A program made the position numbers and the translations under genes. From the human T2T-CHM13v2.0 reference genome, Homo sapiens, in assembly GCF_009914755.1 (NCBI RefSeq), contig NC_060934.1: a stretch of 64,000 nt of DNA; one strand, 5' to 3'. The notes below the pieces were generated by a model that was given only the letters and a program-made list of their open reading frames with translations, was not told the origin of the DNA and did no database searches. The first letter of the stretch is position 1; each line of letters starts with the position of its first letter. Shown piece by piece: positions 1-15,219 of the stretch.

Positions 1-113
1 TTAGAGCAGGTTCTGGATGGCTCCTGGGAGGAAAATCCTAGGCTCTCTTTCCTGATCTAGGATGGACCAAGCGGCCAGGGAATTGTCAAGGTGGCGGAGT
101 TCTAGCTCCTGTT

Positions 114-118
114 GAGAA

Positions 119-149
<31 letters not shown>

Positions 150-182
150 AAATGAGAATGAGAATGAATGAATATAAATGAG
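114..182. repeat. (GA)n plus (AATG/AGAATG)n microsatellites
   Basis: Direct reading. Confidence 0.85.
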
Positions 183-1051
183 AAGCTACATTGAGGTCCA
201 TAGCTTCTAACGTCTGGCACCATAGCCTTCAACTATGTGAAAACCAGCCCTGCTCTTTGGAACAGTTTGCAAATGGCGTAGGAACAAGGTTTGCATCCTG
301 ATTTTAGTCTGAATGCAAGAACAGACAGCCCCTTTGACCCTCAGTGGGGAGGTTTTCTTGGAATGAAGCAGAAGGAACAATATTACTGGTGCCTCCTGAA
401 TATTTAAAAAGAAGAGACATTAACAATTCCAGACACTTCTCCATTGGTCCACTGCACCTTCTTCCTTCCTCTGCACTTGATATTTTTAGTTTTACAAACT
501 GCTAGGCAGAGGCAAGCATGGTTTTTTCCTTTCCAGGGCAAGGTGGGGGCTCTCAAGAAGTGGCGGGTGCTCCCTGGAAAGCCTAGATGTCGACTTCATA
601 GCCCTGGTGCCAGTTAAGGGTGACAGGCCTGGCCTTTAGAAATCATGTTTCTCAAAATTCCTTCTCTGTAATCTAGGATCCCTGCTAGTGCCTTTAGAAC
701 ATGGTCTTCAAAGAAAGAAGATTTAAGAAAAATATCTTGCCCCACCCTCCAGAAAAGGGTTGCTGGACCCGGGAGTGGAGCTGGAAGAAGCCAGCAGGAG
801 AGGGAAGTGGGCATCCGCTTGGAGGGTGGCCTTGGCCAGTGAATCAGACAAGCAGACGGCAAAGCTGGGAGGCTGAAGGGAGGATGAATGCCCTTCCTCA
901 GCTGTAATCCTGCATCCGTGTTTTCAATAACTAGACCCTTGTTTTCAGACTTGGAATTTTTTTTTTCAGTCATTGGTGGATTTTCTGTCTAACATTTTAT
1001 GAAAATTTTCAAGCATCCAACAAAGTTCAAATAATTTTTACTTGGAATAGT

Positions 1052-1353
1052 TTTGGTTTTTTTTTTTGGAGACAGAGTCTTGCTCTGTCACCCAGGCTGG
1101 AGTACAACAGTGGTGTGATCTTGGCTTCCTGTGACTTCCGCTTCCCTGGTTCAAGCGATTCTTCTGCCTCAGCCCCCCAAGTAGCTGGGGTTACAGGTGT
1201 GTGCCACCACGCCCGCCTAATTTTTGTATTTTTAGTAGAGATGGGGTTTCACCATGTTGGCCAGGCTCGTCTTAAACTCCTGACCTCAGGTGATCCACCC
1301 ACCTTGGCCTCCCAAAGTGCTGGGATTACAGGCGTGAGCCACCGCCTCCGGTC
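1052..1353 (-). mobile_element. Alu (AluS-like)
   Basis: Poly-T followed by full reverse Alu consensus. Confidence 0.93.
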
Positions 1354-1549
1354 TTACTTGGCATAGTTTTATACCCTTCACCTAGATTGTCAATGACATT
1401 TTTTGATATTTTCTTCACTTTATATCCATCCATCCCTCCGTCTGTCTATCCATGTTATTATTTAGATGCATTTCCGAGTAAAATGCAGACACAGGTATAC
1501 TCCCCTATACACTTCAGCATATCATTGGAGTTTGGTATTTGTTTACGGT

Positions 1550-2885
1550 TTTTCCTGTTTGATGTAAAATTTACATACAATGAAATGTACACACGTCAAG
1601 TGTACTTTTGCTGAGTTTTGACATATGCATGCACCCATGGAACCCAACCCCGTGAAGAGCTAGACCATCACCATCACTGACAGCTCTGACAGCTACCTCG
1701 CACCTTGCCCAGGTGGTCTTCACCCCTTGTCCCCTTAGAGGCAACCACTGTTTGGATTTTTTCCGTTATAAATAAGTTTTCCTATTCTAGAATTTTATGT
1801 AAATAGAATCATACAGTATATAATTGTGCTGGGGCCTCCAGTGCTACCCCCAGGCTGAATGATTCATTAGCAGGACTCACAGAACTTAGAAAAGATATTA
1901 CACTCCCAGTTAGACTTATTACCGTGAAAGAATAAAGATTAAATTCAGCGAAGAGAGGAGACACATGGGGCAAAGTCTAGGAGAAGACAGGCATGAACTT
2001 CCAGTTGTCCCTTCGAAATGGAGTCCTACTGGGCACACTTGATTCTCGCAGCGATGATGTGTGACAACACGTGGGAAGCATTGGCCACCAGGGAAGCTCA
2101 CTGGAGCCTCAGTGTCCAGGGTTTTTGTGTAGACATTAGCACCTGTGTGACTGACTTTAGCGACTCAGTCTCCAGCCCCACAGAGTCCAAAGTGATACAG
2201 CTGGGCCAGGGCCGCAGGGATACAGAAACAGGTGTTCACTGTAAGCCAAGCTGTTAGCGTAAATGATCTGGTCAGACTGAGAGAGCAGGGCCCGAGGCCT
2301 TGAGCATACAAAACCCCTTATCAGGTAGAACATTGCAGTGGCTCAGAGGTTATCTCCCAGGAGCCAGTCCTGAAGACAGGCCTTTTTTGGAATGTACAGG
2401 GTTTGAGCAACCTAGTCCTGCTGAGTTAACCCTTTCCGTCACAGTAGTCTTTTGTGTAAGGCTTCTTTTACCCAACGTAATGTTTTTGAGACTCATCCAT
2501 ATTGTTGCATGTATCAGCAGTGTTGTTCATTTTTATTGCAGAATAGTATTCCATTGAGTGAACAGACCACAGTTTATCCATTCACATGTTGTTGATACCT
2601 GGATTGTGACCAGTTTCAGTCTATTATGAGCAAATCTGCTATGAACATTCTTACACAGTTCTTTTGGGTAAATACCTAGCAGCGAAATTACTGGGTCATA
2701 GGGTACATGTATGTTCACCTTTGTAAAATTCTGCCAGACCTTTTTTTCAGAGGGATTGCAATATTTTACACGTCCTCCATCTGCTGCAGCTGTTCAGTAT
2801 CCTCACCAGACCTTGGTGTTATCAGTCTTTTTAATTCTCACCATTGTGGTGGGTATGAAATCGTATCTCATTGTGTATTTCAGTT
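1550..2885 (-). mobile_element. Old L1M 3' fragments, interrupted by an LTR
   Basis: L1M 3'UTR-type text (gaatcatacagtat..., atccatattgttgcatgtatcag..., gggtaaatacctag...). Confidence 0.7.
1825..2442. mobile_element. Solo LTR, MER21-like
   Basis: Resembles recalled MER21 consensus (acccccaggctgaatgattc..aggactcacag..; ends cctgctgagttaacccttt..caca); TG...CA termini. Confidence 0.65.
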
Positions 2886-2886
2886 T

Positions 2887-3289
<403 letters not shown>

Positions 3290-3873
3290 TGATGTATCCT
3301 TGCAAATTTTCCTATTTTAATTTAAAATGGGGGAAGACAAAGAAGGAGAAGGAGGAAGAGAGTTTCCTAAGGGAGCTGGTGAACTGGACCTGTGGGGATG
3401 GAATTCTGCTTTTTCTTCAGGACATATGTGTGGGGTTGCCTGAAATGTGTCAACGGTTCTTACAGTTTGGGACCAGTAGTGCCAACCCTCCAAGGCTTGT
3501 GCGGCCCCATTTCCTCCTGCTGCAGGCTCTCAGTGTCTTCTGAGCAGATTTCCCTTCTCAGTAGCAAAGCTGTGGGTTTCCTGCCTGCGATAGTGACCTC
3601 AGGGAGCTCCTGGGGCTGATGTGGTATTGGGATGGAGGGTCCTGGGTGTGTCCACCTTTCTCCTCATAAGCCCTCTCTGAGGAGCCGAATTCCCTCCTCT
3701 GTCAAATAGGAATAACCCTTCTGTGTCTACCTCCCATGGCAGCTGTGATGATCAGAAAGAAATGCATCTGAGAAAGGGGGAGGACATGTGAAAGGTGTCC
3801 CTGGTAGGAGATGGGGAGGTAGGCCATGTCCTCCCAGGGCTCCGTGGCACTCTGTCTCTCTCTCTCTTTCCAG

Positions 3874-4027
3874 GAGTCCGCTCAGAATTTGATCAGATCG
3901 ACACATCCAACCCAAACTGTGTGGTAATTGCAGACGCAGGAGAAAGCTTTTCTTATCAAAACATGAATAACGCCTTCCAGGTGCTCATGGAGCTGGAAAA
4001 ACCTGTGCTCATATCACTGGGAAAAGG
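3874..4027 (+). CDS. LHPP: LHPP coding exon (exon 3), 154 bp
   Basis: Translates to (G)VRSEFDQIDTSNPNCVVIADAGESFSYQNMNNAFQVLMELEKPVLISLGK(G), matching human LHPP. Acceptor tctctctctttccag|GA, donor GG|gtaagt. Phase 1 start, phase 2 end. Confidence 0.98.
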
Positions 4028-4846
4028 GTAAGTTGGCTCCAGGGAGAGTCATTTCTCGGTGCTTTAGATGATGCTGTGCCAGTCTCCAACTTGCGGAATC
4101 AGGCAGAGAAGGATGCAGAAGGGGAGGTGGGAGGAGCACCGGTGATCTTCTTTTCCCTCCCTTTTTCATGCTTTCTCTCTTCATTTCTTTATTCCTCTCC
4201 TTTAATCATTTCTTTAGGAAATAGGAACACTGTCTTCAGGAGCTGGTTGATCAAGCTTCCATGTGGAGTCTAGACTAGAAGAGGGCGTCATTGCAGAGGG
4301 AGACCCTCTGGAGATCTCAGAGGCCAAGTGTTGATTGTCCCAAGTTTAGAGCAAAGAAGGAGAAGGTGCATTTGCATAGGATGTAGCAGGGTGTTGGAGA
4401 ATGCTCTCAAGGGTTGTCTAATTAGTAAAACATAGGCTTGAGGGCCTACCCAGTCTGGGCACCGACAGTCTCTGGCCACAGATCACTGTCTCTGTGAAGT
4501 TGTGATTTTGTGATCAGTGTTTTGTCTGAGCCTTTAGCACATGCCTTGCCATCTCTTTCTTAAACAAAACAGTGTTGGTTATTTTTAACATTTTTCTTAC
4601 ACTGAGATAGCACATGTTCATTGAAGAAAAATTAGACAATACAGATGAGCAAAAGAAGAAACCAGAAAGTATTTTTAGTCCCACTGCACGAGGAAAACAC
4701 CTGTCCCTATTTTGGTGTATGTCCTTGCAAGTGGCTTCCTGTGCGAATAGACTATTATGGATGGAGATGTTCACAGCATCGATGTCACACTTGACCTTGT
4801 TTTGTCACCTGTTTTTTATTGTTCACCAAACAATATTTGTGACTGA

Positions 4847-6082
<1,236 letters not shown>

Positions 6083-6255
6083 AACTGATCTCTGCTGATG
6101 GCATCTAGATTGTTCCTGGTTTTTCACCATACCAGGGCTGTGATGAGCATCTTGGTGCATTTCGGATGACGTCTCCAGATACAGTTACAGAACGAGTATT
6201 TTTGAGGTTCTTGAGGCATGTTGCCAAGTTGTTTCCAGAAAGCTGCACAGACTTA

Positions 6256-6644
6256 TTCTGCACAGCCTAGAATTCTAGAATCACAGGGTTCTGCACAACC
6301 TAGAGTTCTGGAATCACAGGGTTCTGCACAGCTAGAATTCTAGAATCACAGGGTTCTGCACAGCTAGAATTCTAGAATCACAGGGTTCTGCACAACCTAG
6401 AGTTCTGGAATCACAGGGTTCTGCACAGCCTAGAGTTCTGGAATCACAGGGTTCTGCACAGCTAGAATTCTAGAATCACAGGGTTCTGCACAGCCTAGAG
6501 TTCTGGAATCACAGGGTTCTGCACAGCCTAGAGTTTTGGAATCACAGGGTTCTGCACAGCTAGAATTCTAGAATCACAGGGTTCTGCACAGCTAGAATTC
6601 TAGAATCACAGGGTTCTACACAGCTAGAATTCTAGAATCACAGG
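6256..6644. repeat. Tandem repeat, 12 x 32/33 bp (TTCTGCACAGCTAGAATTCTAGAATCACAGGG)
   Basis: Twelve units counted, in two main variant types. Confidence 0.97.
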
Positions 6645-6998
6645 CTCCCAGGGTTGCAAGGACACTTTGGAGTGTCTACCTCAGCATCTCATGAAGTGTG
6701 GGAATTCCGAGGCGGTGGCGGAGGAAGTGTTTTCCATCTTCGGTGCTTTCGTTGCTTCTGGTGACAGCGCTCACTGCCTCTGCTTGCTGTACGGGACCAG
6801 CTGATGGAACCGACAGGGAGGGACTTTTTATCTGGCCATTGGCCACTGCCACACACTTTGTGTACCCCGTTTTGTGTAATTCTGACTACAACCTTGTGGG
6901 ATCTAGGCAGGTCATTGCTGTTTTGCAAGTGGGGTTGTTGAAGCCACAGGAGATGAAATAAGCTGCTGTCCCCCAGCCATTGAGTGCTGATAGGATCA

Positions 6999-7436
<438 letters not shown>

Positions 7437-7786
7437 TTACACAAAATATCCAGATTTCTGGATTCTTTTGAAGAATCAGAAGATCTGACAATACGGAGCC
7501 TCACATTCCTGCACACACAGCAGCCATCGCTGGAGCCACTGCCTCCATTAGTTTGAATTTACTGCAGACCCCACTCCTCCCTGTCGTCCCTGTCTCCAGA
7601 CCACAGAGTTAGTTGTCATTGATCGTGTGCCATTTGTTGTTTTTTTCAAAGTAGAGAAGTACTTCTTCACGCTGTGTCTCTATCAAAAATGGACAAGTGA
7701 AAGATGTTTCAAGAAATGAAAAGATTTTCTTTTTAGTGACAAAAAATTTCTAGTATGTTTCTCATATAAATAAAATGTGTCCTGTA

Positions 7787-8160
7787 TGTAGTCAGGGTTC
7801 CTCAGAGAAGCCCGAAGCTACAGGATATAGATATGTAGAGAGATTGTGGAGGCTTGGCGAGTCCAAAATCTGCAGGGCAGGGCTGGCAGGCTGGGGACTC
7901 AGGAATGCGCGCAGCAGAGTCGTAAGGCTGTGTGCTGGTGGGATTCTTGCTCGGGGAAGGTCAGTCTTTGTTCTTGTAAAGCCTGCAACTGGTTGGATGT
8001 GGTCCACCCACATTGCGGAAGGGAATGTACTCTCCTCCTAGTTCACCGATTTAAATGTTAATCTCATCCAAAAACACCTTCACAGAAACATCCAGAATAA
8101 TGTTTGACCACATATCTGGGCACCGTGGCCCAGCCAAGTTGACATATTAAATTAACCCTT
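7787..8160. mobile_element. MLT2-type (ERVL) LTR
   Basis: tagtcagggttc..cagag... and terminal cccagccaagttgacata..aaattaacc match recalled MLT2 ends. Confidence 0.75.
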
Positions 8161-8363
8161 GTAGTCCCTTTTTAAACTTACACCCATTGCAATTTAGGTC
8201 GCTGCTATGGAGCAAGCCACAGAACCTGGCCTCTTAACTCATTTACCCGGGCTGACCCATTAGGCCTTTGAGTCACCAACAACTCACTAGAGAACAAGCA
8301 TAATGAAGAAGCTCTGCTGTAATTCGTTAATGTTAACACTTTTTTCTTTAAAGATGTCTCATG

Positions 8364-8500
8364 CTGAGCTTCGTGGCGCACGCCTATAATCCCAGCACTT
8401 TGGGAGGCTGAGATGAGAGGATGGCTTGAGCTCAGAGGTTCGAGACCAGCCTGGGCAGCATAGTAAGATTCCGTCTCTACAAAAAAGAAAAGAAAAAAAG
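8364..8500 (+). mobile_element. Alu monomer (FLAM-like)
   Basis: Single left-arm Alu with A-tail. Confidence 0.8.
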
Positions 8501-11269
8501 TTGTCTCATAATTATTAAAAACCACTATTCCAGATCATGGATAATAATAGTCAGAACAGGTATATTGTTGAAAAAGAAAAAAAAAAAACCGGAAGCAGTC
8601 GCTTTCAGCTTTGTAATACCGCAGCAAATGTCATAGTAGACAAGGGTTTGTTTAAAGTAGGAGATTAGTGGCGTCTCTGCTGATGGGGGTTCTGGGTGTT
8701 TAAAAACCAGAGAAAGGAACCGGCGGTTTTAGGGACTAGGTCCCAGCTTCTCAGGACAGCCTGAGGACCCCCCAAGAGCTGCCATCACCATGCTGTCCTC
8801 GGCTGTGGGTCACTGCTGGTGAGGTCCATCCTGCACTGCGGGACACAGGGGCACAGGCTGAGCGGTGCCCACCAAGGAGGCAGGAGCAGCGGGTGGAGGC
8901 GCCGGGGCAGACTGTCCCTCTCCTGGAAATGGAGTGATTTACATTTGGCATCTGTTTGGACCCCAGAGTGGGAATTGGCTTTGTAATTTCTTCTGTCATG
9001 CCGCTCTCAGAAAATTAAGCTGTTTACCCGACAGACTATGGAAGGTTAACGGCTCTTCTGGGAAAGGTCAAGTGGTCATTTGCAGGGAGGCTGTGCTGAA
9101 TAATCTGAAACGGCAGAAGAATAAAGCATAAAATCGCATCTGACTCCTCCTCCCGGGCTTCCCCCTTTCTTTCCAGCATCCACGGGTTCCTCTTTGTGGC
9201 TAGAACATTCACGTCCTAAGTGGGGCTGCCGTTGGCTGGGTTAAACCAGTAACCAGTAACAGGAGAAATACGTCGCATCTCTAGTGTGTGGAGATTACCG
9301 GGCCTTTATATTAAAAAAAAATTTTAAGTGCTTATATTTGCTCTGTCTCTAAAAAGTGTTTCCAGGTAACAGTTGGCCTCAAGATGCCTTTTTGTTTTTC
9401 TGAATGAATAAGGAATAAAGAAAAATTCTGGGCACTATAAAATCAAGCCCAGATTCAGTTTTTTAAAAAATAAACGTTAAAGTTTCTCATTTTGATTTCT
9501 GGAAGTTCGTGTTCTCCTTGGACTCTAAAGATTAGCATGCAAAGACAAGGTTTTGATTGTGTATTTTCAGTTGCACGTTCAGTTTTTTTAAAATCCCATC
9601 CAGGACTAAATTTAAACATAAGAAAATCCAGGTTTCTTTCGCTTTCGAAGAGGCTGCAGGGAACTTGAGGCCAGAGGAAGTGGCGCCGCGTGGGTCCCCT
9701 TAGGAGGTTTTGCCAGATGATGGGAGGTGCTTGCTCCCGTCCACCCAACCTGTAGCTCCTCCAGCCGGCCCCAGGGTAGCTGAGGGACAGGGGTCTGGGC
9801 CCAGAAGCCCCCAGAATCCTCAGCTCCAAACAGAGCTGTACCTGTCGCAATGGAGTAGTTTTGTTGATTTCAGGTTTTCTTTTGTTGCTGGGTAAGCATT
9901 TCCTGTGTGGGGTATATTCTTTCCTCCGTCCTGGCTTACTTCCACACATCACTTCATTAGGGAGGCCCTCCCTACCCACCTCGATGCCCTCCTTCTCCTG
10001 GCACAGGTGGGCAGGAGGGGACGAGGGTCATGGCCTTTGAGGGCCTGCAGAGGGCCTTGCCTGTGGTGGCGTGGCCACCCTGGTCCTCAGCAGGGTGCTC
10101 AGTGGATTCCAAGGTGCTCCCTGGACCCGGACCTCCCCTTCACTTCCTTTTAGCTCAGGTCTCAGCTTTCCATGCCTCTGCTGCCTCCCTGAACCCAGCC
10201 TGTCCCCCGCCCTGTTCAAGCAGACTGCCCCTCCCCTGGGTCCTGCCCTTTAAAGTTTGTCTGTGGGCTTCTTTGCTTCCCCACCAGACTGTGAGTCCCT
10301 GTGGAGCAGGCTGGGGCTGGGAGTATCCCTGAGTCCTGCAAAGGGCTGTGGAGCATCTGGGATCGTTAATGCCAAGGGGGACCAAGGTAACCTGGGCCAT
10401 TTGCAGCACCAGCCAGTGCAGGCCCCAGGACCCGGTGTCCCCTCACTGTTTCCTGAGAACTCTGGACCCCACTAAGGAAACCATCAGACCAAAGTAGCTG
10501 ATTGTCCAACTGGGAAAAAGAAAAAGCAGTACTTTTTTAGGCCATGTAAATGCAAAATATACATTTGAAGTCTGCGTTTAAGACATGAACTTAGAGATTT
10601 CTAAGCCTGTTTTTGGGGGTCACTCTAAAAGGGAGGGCATTTTCAGGTCCCCCCTCTGTGAGCATTCACAGCATCCCAGCCAGCCTGTATCCCTGTGCCG
10701 TGACCCCAGAGCACAGAGCCTCAGAGGCTGTGGAACAGGCCTGGGGTTCACGTGGAGAGTCCCAAGCCCACGTCATGACAGGAGATGCCCACACCTTCAA
10801 CAAACAGACTCCAAGCTCCAAAGCTGCCTAACAGGAGTGGCAGGGGGACCAGCCCTGGCAAGGCCCAGGTTTGGCTGAAGCCCGTACCTGCAGCCCAGCT
10901 TGTAAGTTTAGCCGGGAAGCATCTGAGGCAGGCAGTGGAGGACGCACAGGGGTGAGCGGTTCATCTCACAGGTGTGGCTGGGTGCCTGCTACAGCTTCAA
11001 GGCATCAGGTGGGGCAGAAAGGGACAGGCAGGGTGCCCAGGAGTGGCGGAGCTGGAGGAAGGGCACAGCCCCAGGGCAGCTCCCGAGGAGCTCAGTTCTC
11101 ACACCCCAGGTGGTCACAGAACACATTTCAGCCCCCAAATTGAACAGGGCTGTGTTCATTTTTTCCTTCCCCCAGCTCATCTTATTGCTTGTGTCAGCCT
11201 GGGTGAAAGGTTATTTATAATAATATTCTCCTGTCTCATCTGGGCAGCTTCTGCATGGAAGGTACCGAG

Positions 11270-11440
11270 TTAATAACTTTGCATGCGTTATTTTGTTCAA
11301 GCTTCACAGCAATCCGTGAGGTAGGTATTGTTTGTTGTTCGTTTTGCCCATTTTACAGATTAGGAAACTGAGGCCCACAGGCGTAAGCAACCCAAAGTCA
11401 CACCGTTAGAAGGCAGTGAGATCTGAATGCTCAAGTCAGC
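11270..11440. mobile_element. MIR
   Basis: MIR core cccattttacagattaggaaactgaggccca. Confidence 0.75.
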
Positions 11441-12417
11441 ATGCGCTCTTCTTCCCTCTCGTTTTCTGCATACGTGCTTTCTCCACGTCTCCCATATCGT
11501 AAGGGCATGGCAGGAGGAGAGGGAAACTGATGTGATGGTGGATGGCAAAACATTTTAGTGGTTCCAAGAATCAAGCCCCCTTGTGTATTCTTGGCTTTCA
11601 ATGAACTGCGTCTTCAGAGCAGCGCAGGTTAAACCACTTTCTCGCCTCATTGTAGTCAATTGGCTTAGTTCAGCCAGAGCCAGGTCTGGCCCACCATGTG
11701 TCTGGACTGTGAGTGCCTTGAGGCTCAGTGTGACGCGATCGTAGGGTGAGCCTGGCCGGGCTGCAGCCAGCCACCAAGCCAGCCCTGGGCTCAAAGAGCA
11801 GTGAGGCCATTTTGAGAGAGGAATGCTCCCTCGTGCAGAGCCTGTCTCCACCTCCATGAGACGGGAAGGAACAGTGGTCTTCTCATAAAAGCATCTGGCG
11901 CCCATGAAACCTGGCACCTCGCTTGACCTCCGGCTAACGGGATGCGGCAGGGTGCTGTGGAACTAATGGAGTTCTCTTCTTCAGCCAGCAATTAGGGGTT
12001 AATTATTAGCAATTAGGGGTTCGCCACATACCCCGTGGACCTGCTGTTCCTTCCCAGGACACAGGTCACTTGTCATTCTCTGTGTTAGCAACTGAAACCG
12101 TCTGCCTTCTGGGTCCCCTGTTAATCATTGCAGCAGGGTCCCCACGAGTCTGACAGCAGGGTTGCGTTCTGTGCGACCTGTGGCATCCCTGGAGCTGCTG
12201 GCTGCTGCGCTCGCCCCACTGGGTGTGGCGGCCTGCCGCCCGGCTCTGTGGTGCTGGTCCCCTGCGGTCATTCTCAGCGTAGCGCCTGGACTGCCCCTCA
12301 GCCGCGGCTTGGCTCTGCAGCCAGCGGGACAGGCCCGGCGCTCAGCTCCCGATACTTAGCATCCTGCGGTCAGCTCCCCGTGCTCAGCATCCCGTGCTCC
12401 GTTCTGCTCTCTCCTAG

Positions 12418-12481
12418 GCGTTACTACAAGGAGACCTCTGGCCTGATGCTGGACGTTGGTCCCTACATGAAGGCGCTTGAG
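12418..12481 (+). CDS. LHPP: LHPP coding exon (exon 4), 64 bp
   Basis: (G)RYYKETSGLMLDVGPYMKALE. Acceptor ttctgctctctcctag|G completes the GG|G codon from the previous exon; donor GAG|gtacca. Confidence 0.97.
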
Positions 12482-12675
12482 GTACCAGCCCTGGTTCTGT
12501 CCCAAGCTCTCTTCAGACCTCAGGGCACCTGGGACTTTTTGGGTCTTTGTTGAGAAGAGGCTGTGCTTAATTAACGTACAAATGGCCTTTTGGGTTTCCA
12601 CAAAGGCTGCCTTCCTATTCTGGGCTCCCCTGGCCGGGCCCTCGGGCCCTCAGGCCCTCAGCTGTCCTCCTCCCT

Positions 12676-12743
12676 CCCCATCTCTCCCTTCCCATCCTTC
12701 CCATCCTCCCCATCCTCCCCATCCTCCCCATCCTCCCCATCCT
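12676..12743. repeat. (CCCCATCCT)n 9-bp repeat
   Basis: About 6-7 units in intron 4. Confidence 0.85.
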
Positions 12744-13482
12744 CTAGTGGGCGCAGCCCCCCCGCCCGCCGTGGACCCTGCCGCTCTCCCAGCTGCTCTC
12801 TGCCACACTCCTCTCGGGCTTGTGGCTTCTGTATCAGTGCTGACCACCGCTCTCATTCCTGACCCTGGGCATCTGCAGCACCTCAAGCTTGACGGGTCCT
12901 CACTGGCCTCCTTCCTGACTTCCCCTTCAGTTTCCAAGGCCATCTGTGGCCAGGCCTCCGGGTGGGGCTCCCCTGGGTCCACTCTGGCCCAGGTCCCATT
13001 AGCTGCCCCAGGTCAGCCTCACATCCCGTCCCATCCTCACAGCTGCAGCCCCTCCTGCCTGCCTGCCGTCAGGTGGGAGGGAGAGGCAGACGAGCAGATG
13101 GAGCCCTGTGATGAGCTGCGAGTGGGCAGGGGAGAAGAGGGGGAGAAGGGATGAGAGGACGGAATTGCAGGCGAGTGAGCAGAGCACTGCTCTGCTGGCC
13201 CTTGGGAGCCCTGTAGTTTTGCCAGCTCTTGGATGCCTTCTGCTGTGGGTAGGCCTTTGAGTGGATGGCAGGGTGCCTGGTGCTAGGGGACCTGAGTGAC
13301 CCGGGCAGCCCTTTCTGGAGTTGTGAGGCTCCTGCCTGTGAGATGAGTTCTCAGGCCCACAGCATCCTGCTTCTTCAAGGCCCTTGACTCTTGGGGGCAC
13401 ATTTGGGACAGTGTTTCCGTGGCTGGGCATACACCTGTTCCTTGATCCCAAACTTATGCCATGTCCCTCTCTCTTTTCCCAG

Positions 13483-13575
13483 TATGCCTGTGGCATCAAA
13501 GCCGAGGTGGTGGGGAAGCCTTCTCCTGAGTTTTTCAAGTCTGCCCTGCAAGCGATAGGAGTGGAAGCCCACCAG
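13483..13575 (+). CDS. LHPP: LHPP coding exon (exon 5), 93 bp, contains HAD motif III Lys (GKP)
   Basis: YACGIKAEVVGKPSPEFFKSALQAIGVEAHQ. Acceptor ctctctcttttcccag|TAT, donor CAG|gtaggt. Phase 0/0. Confidence 0.98.
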
Positions 13576-14111
13576 GTAGGTTGGCGCCTTGTGAAGTGGG
13601 TCAGGGGAGGCAGCCCCGTCAGGGAGGCCGCCCCGTCAGGGAGGCCCTGGAGCTTGGAATGGATTACAGGACTCAGGCAGCCTGTGGGGTTGGCCAGGCA
13701 GCCAAGCGTGGGCTCCCTGTGAAAGCTGACCTGGCTGGGAAGGAGGGGGAAGACAGCAAACGAAATCCACTGAATAGTTTCAACCGTGAAGTTACTTTCA
13801 GTATGAAAGCAAGAAGCAGAAATGCCTGCGGCTTTTCCTGAGTTTTTGCTGCTTCTCTGAAAGGATAAGAATTGACAAGTCCTATCAGTGTGTTAATATA
13901 TCTCACTGGCAAGACAGTGTAACAGCAAGATTACAACAATATGGAGGAAATAATAAAGTCACTCATTTTGCGACCTTTATATTTTGACTATTTTGGGATA
14001 GATTGCCTTTCAAACTTCCAAATTTTAGAAAGGAAAAAGAATCGGTTATGATTTTATTGTCTACACCTACCCCAACCCTAAGTGAGTCTGGCTTCGTCCT
14101 CCAGTGGGTTT

Positions 14112-15219
<1,108 letters not shown>

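Noticed and set aside
6256-6644. CRISPR-like appearance (32-33 bp palindromic repeats)
   Set aside because: Units are head-to-tail with no unique spacers, there are no cas genes, and the context is a primate intron.
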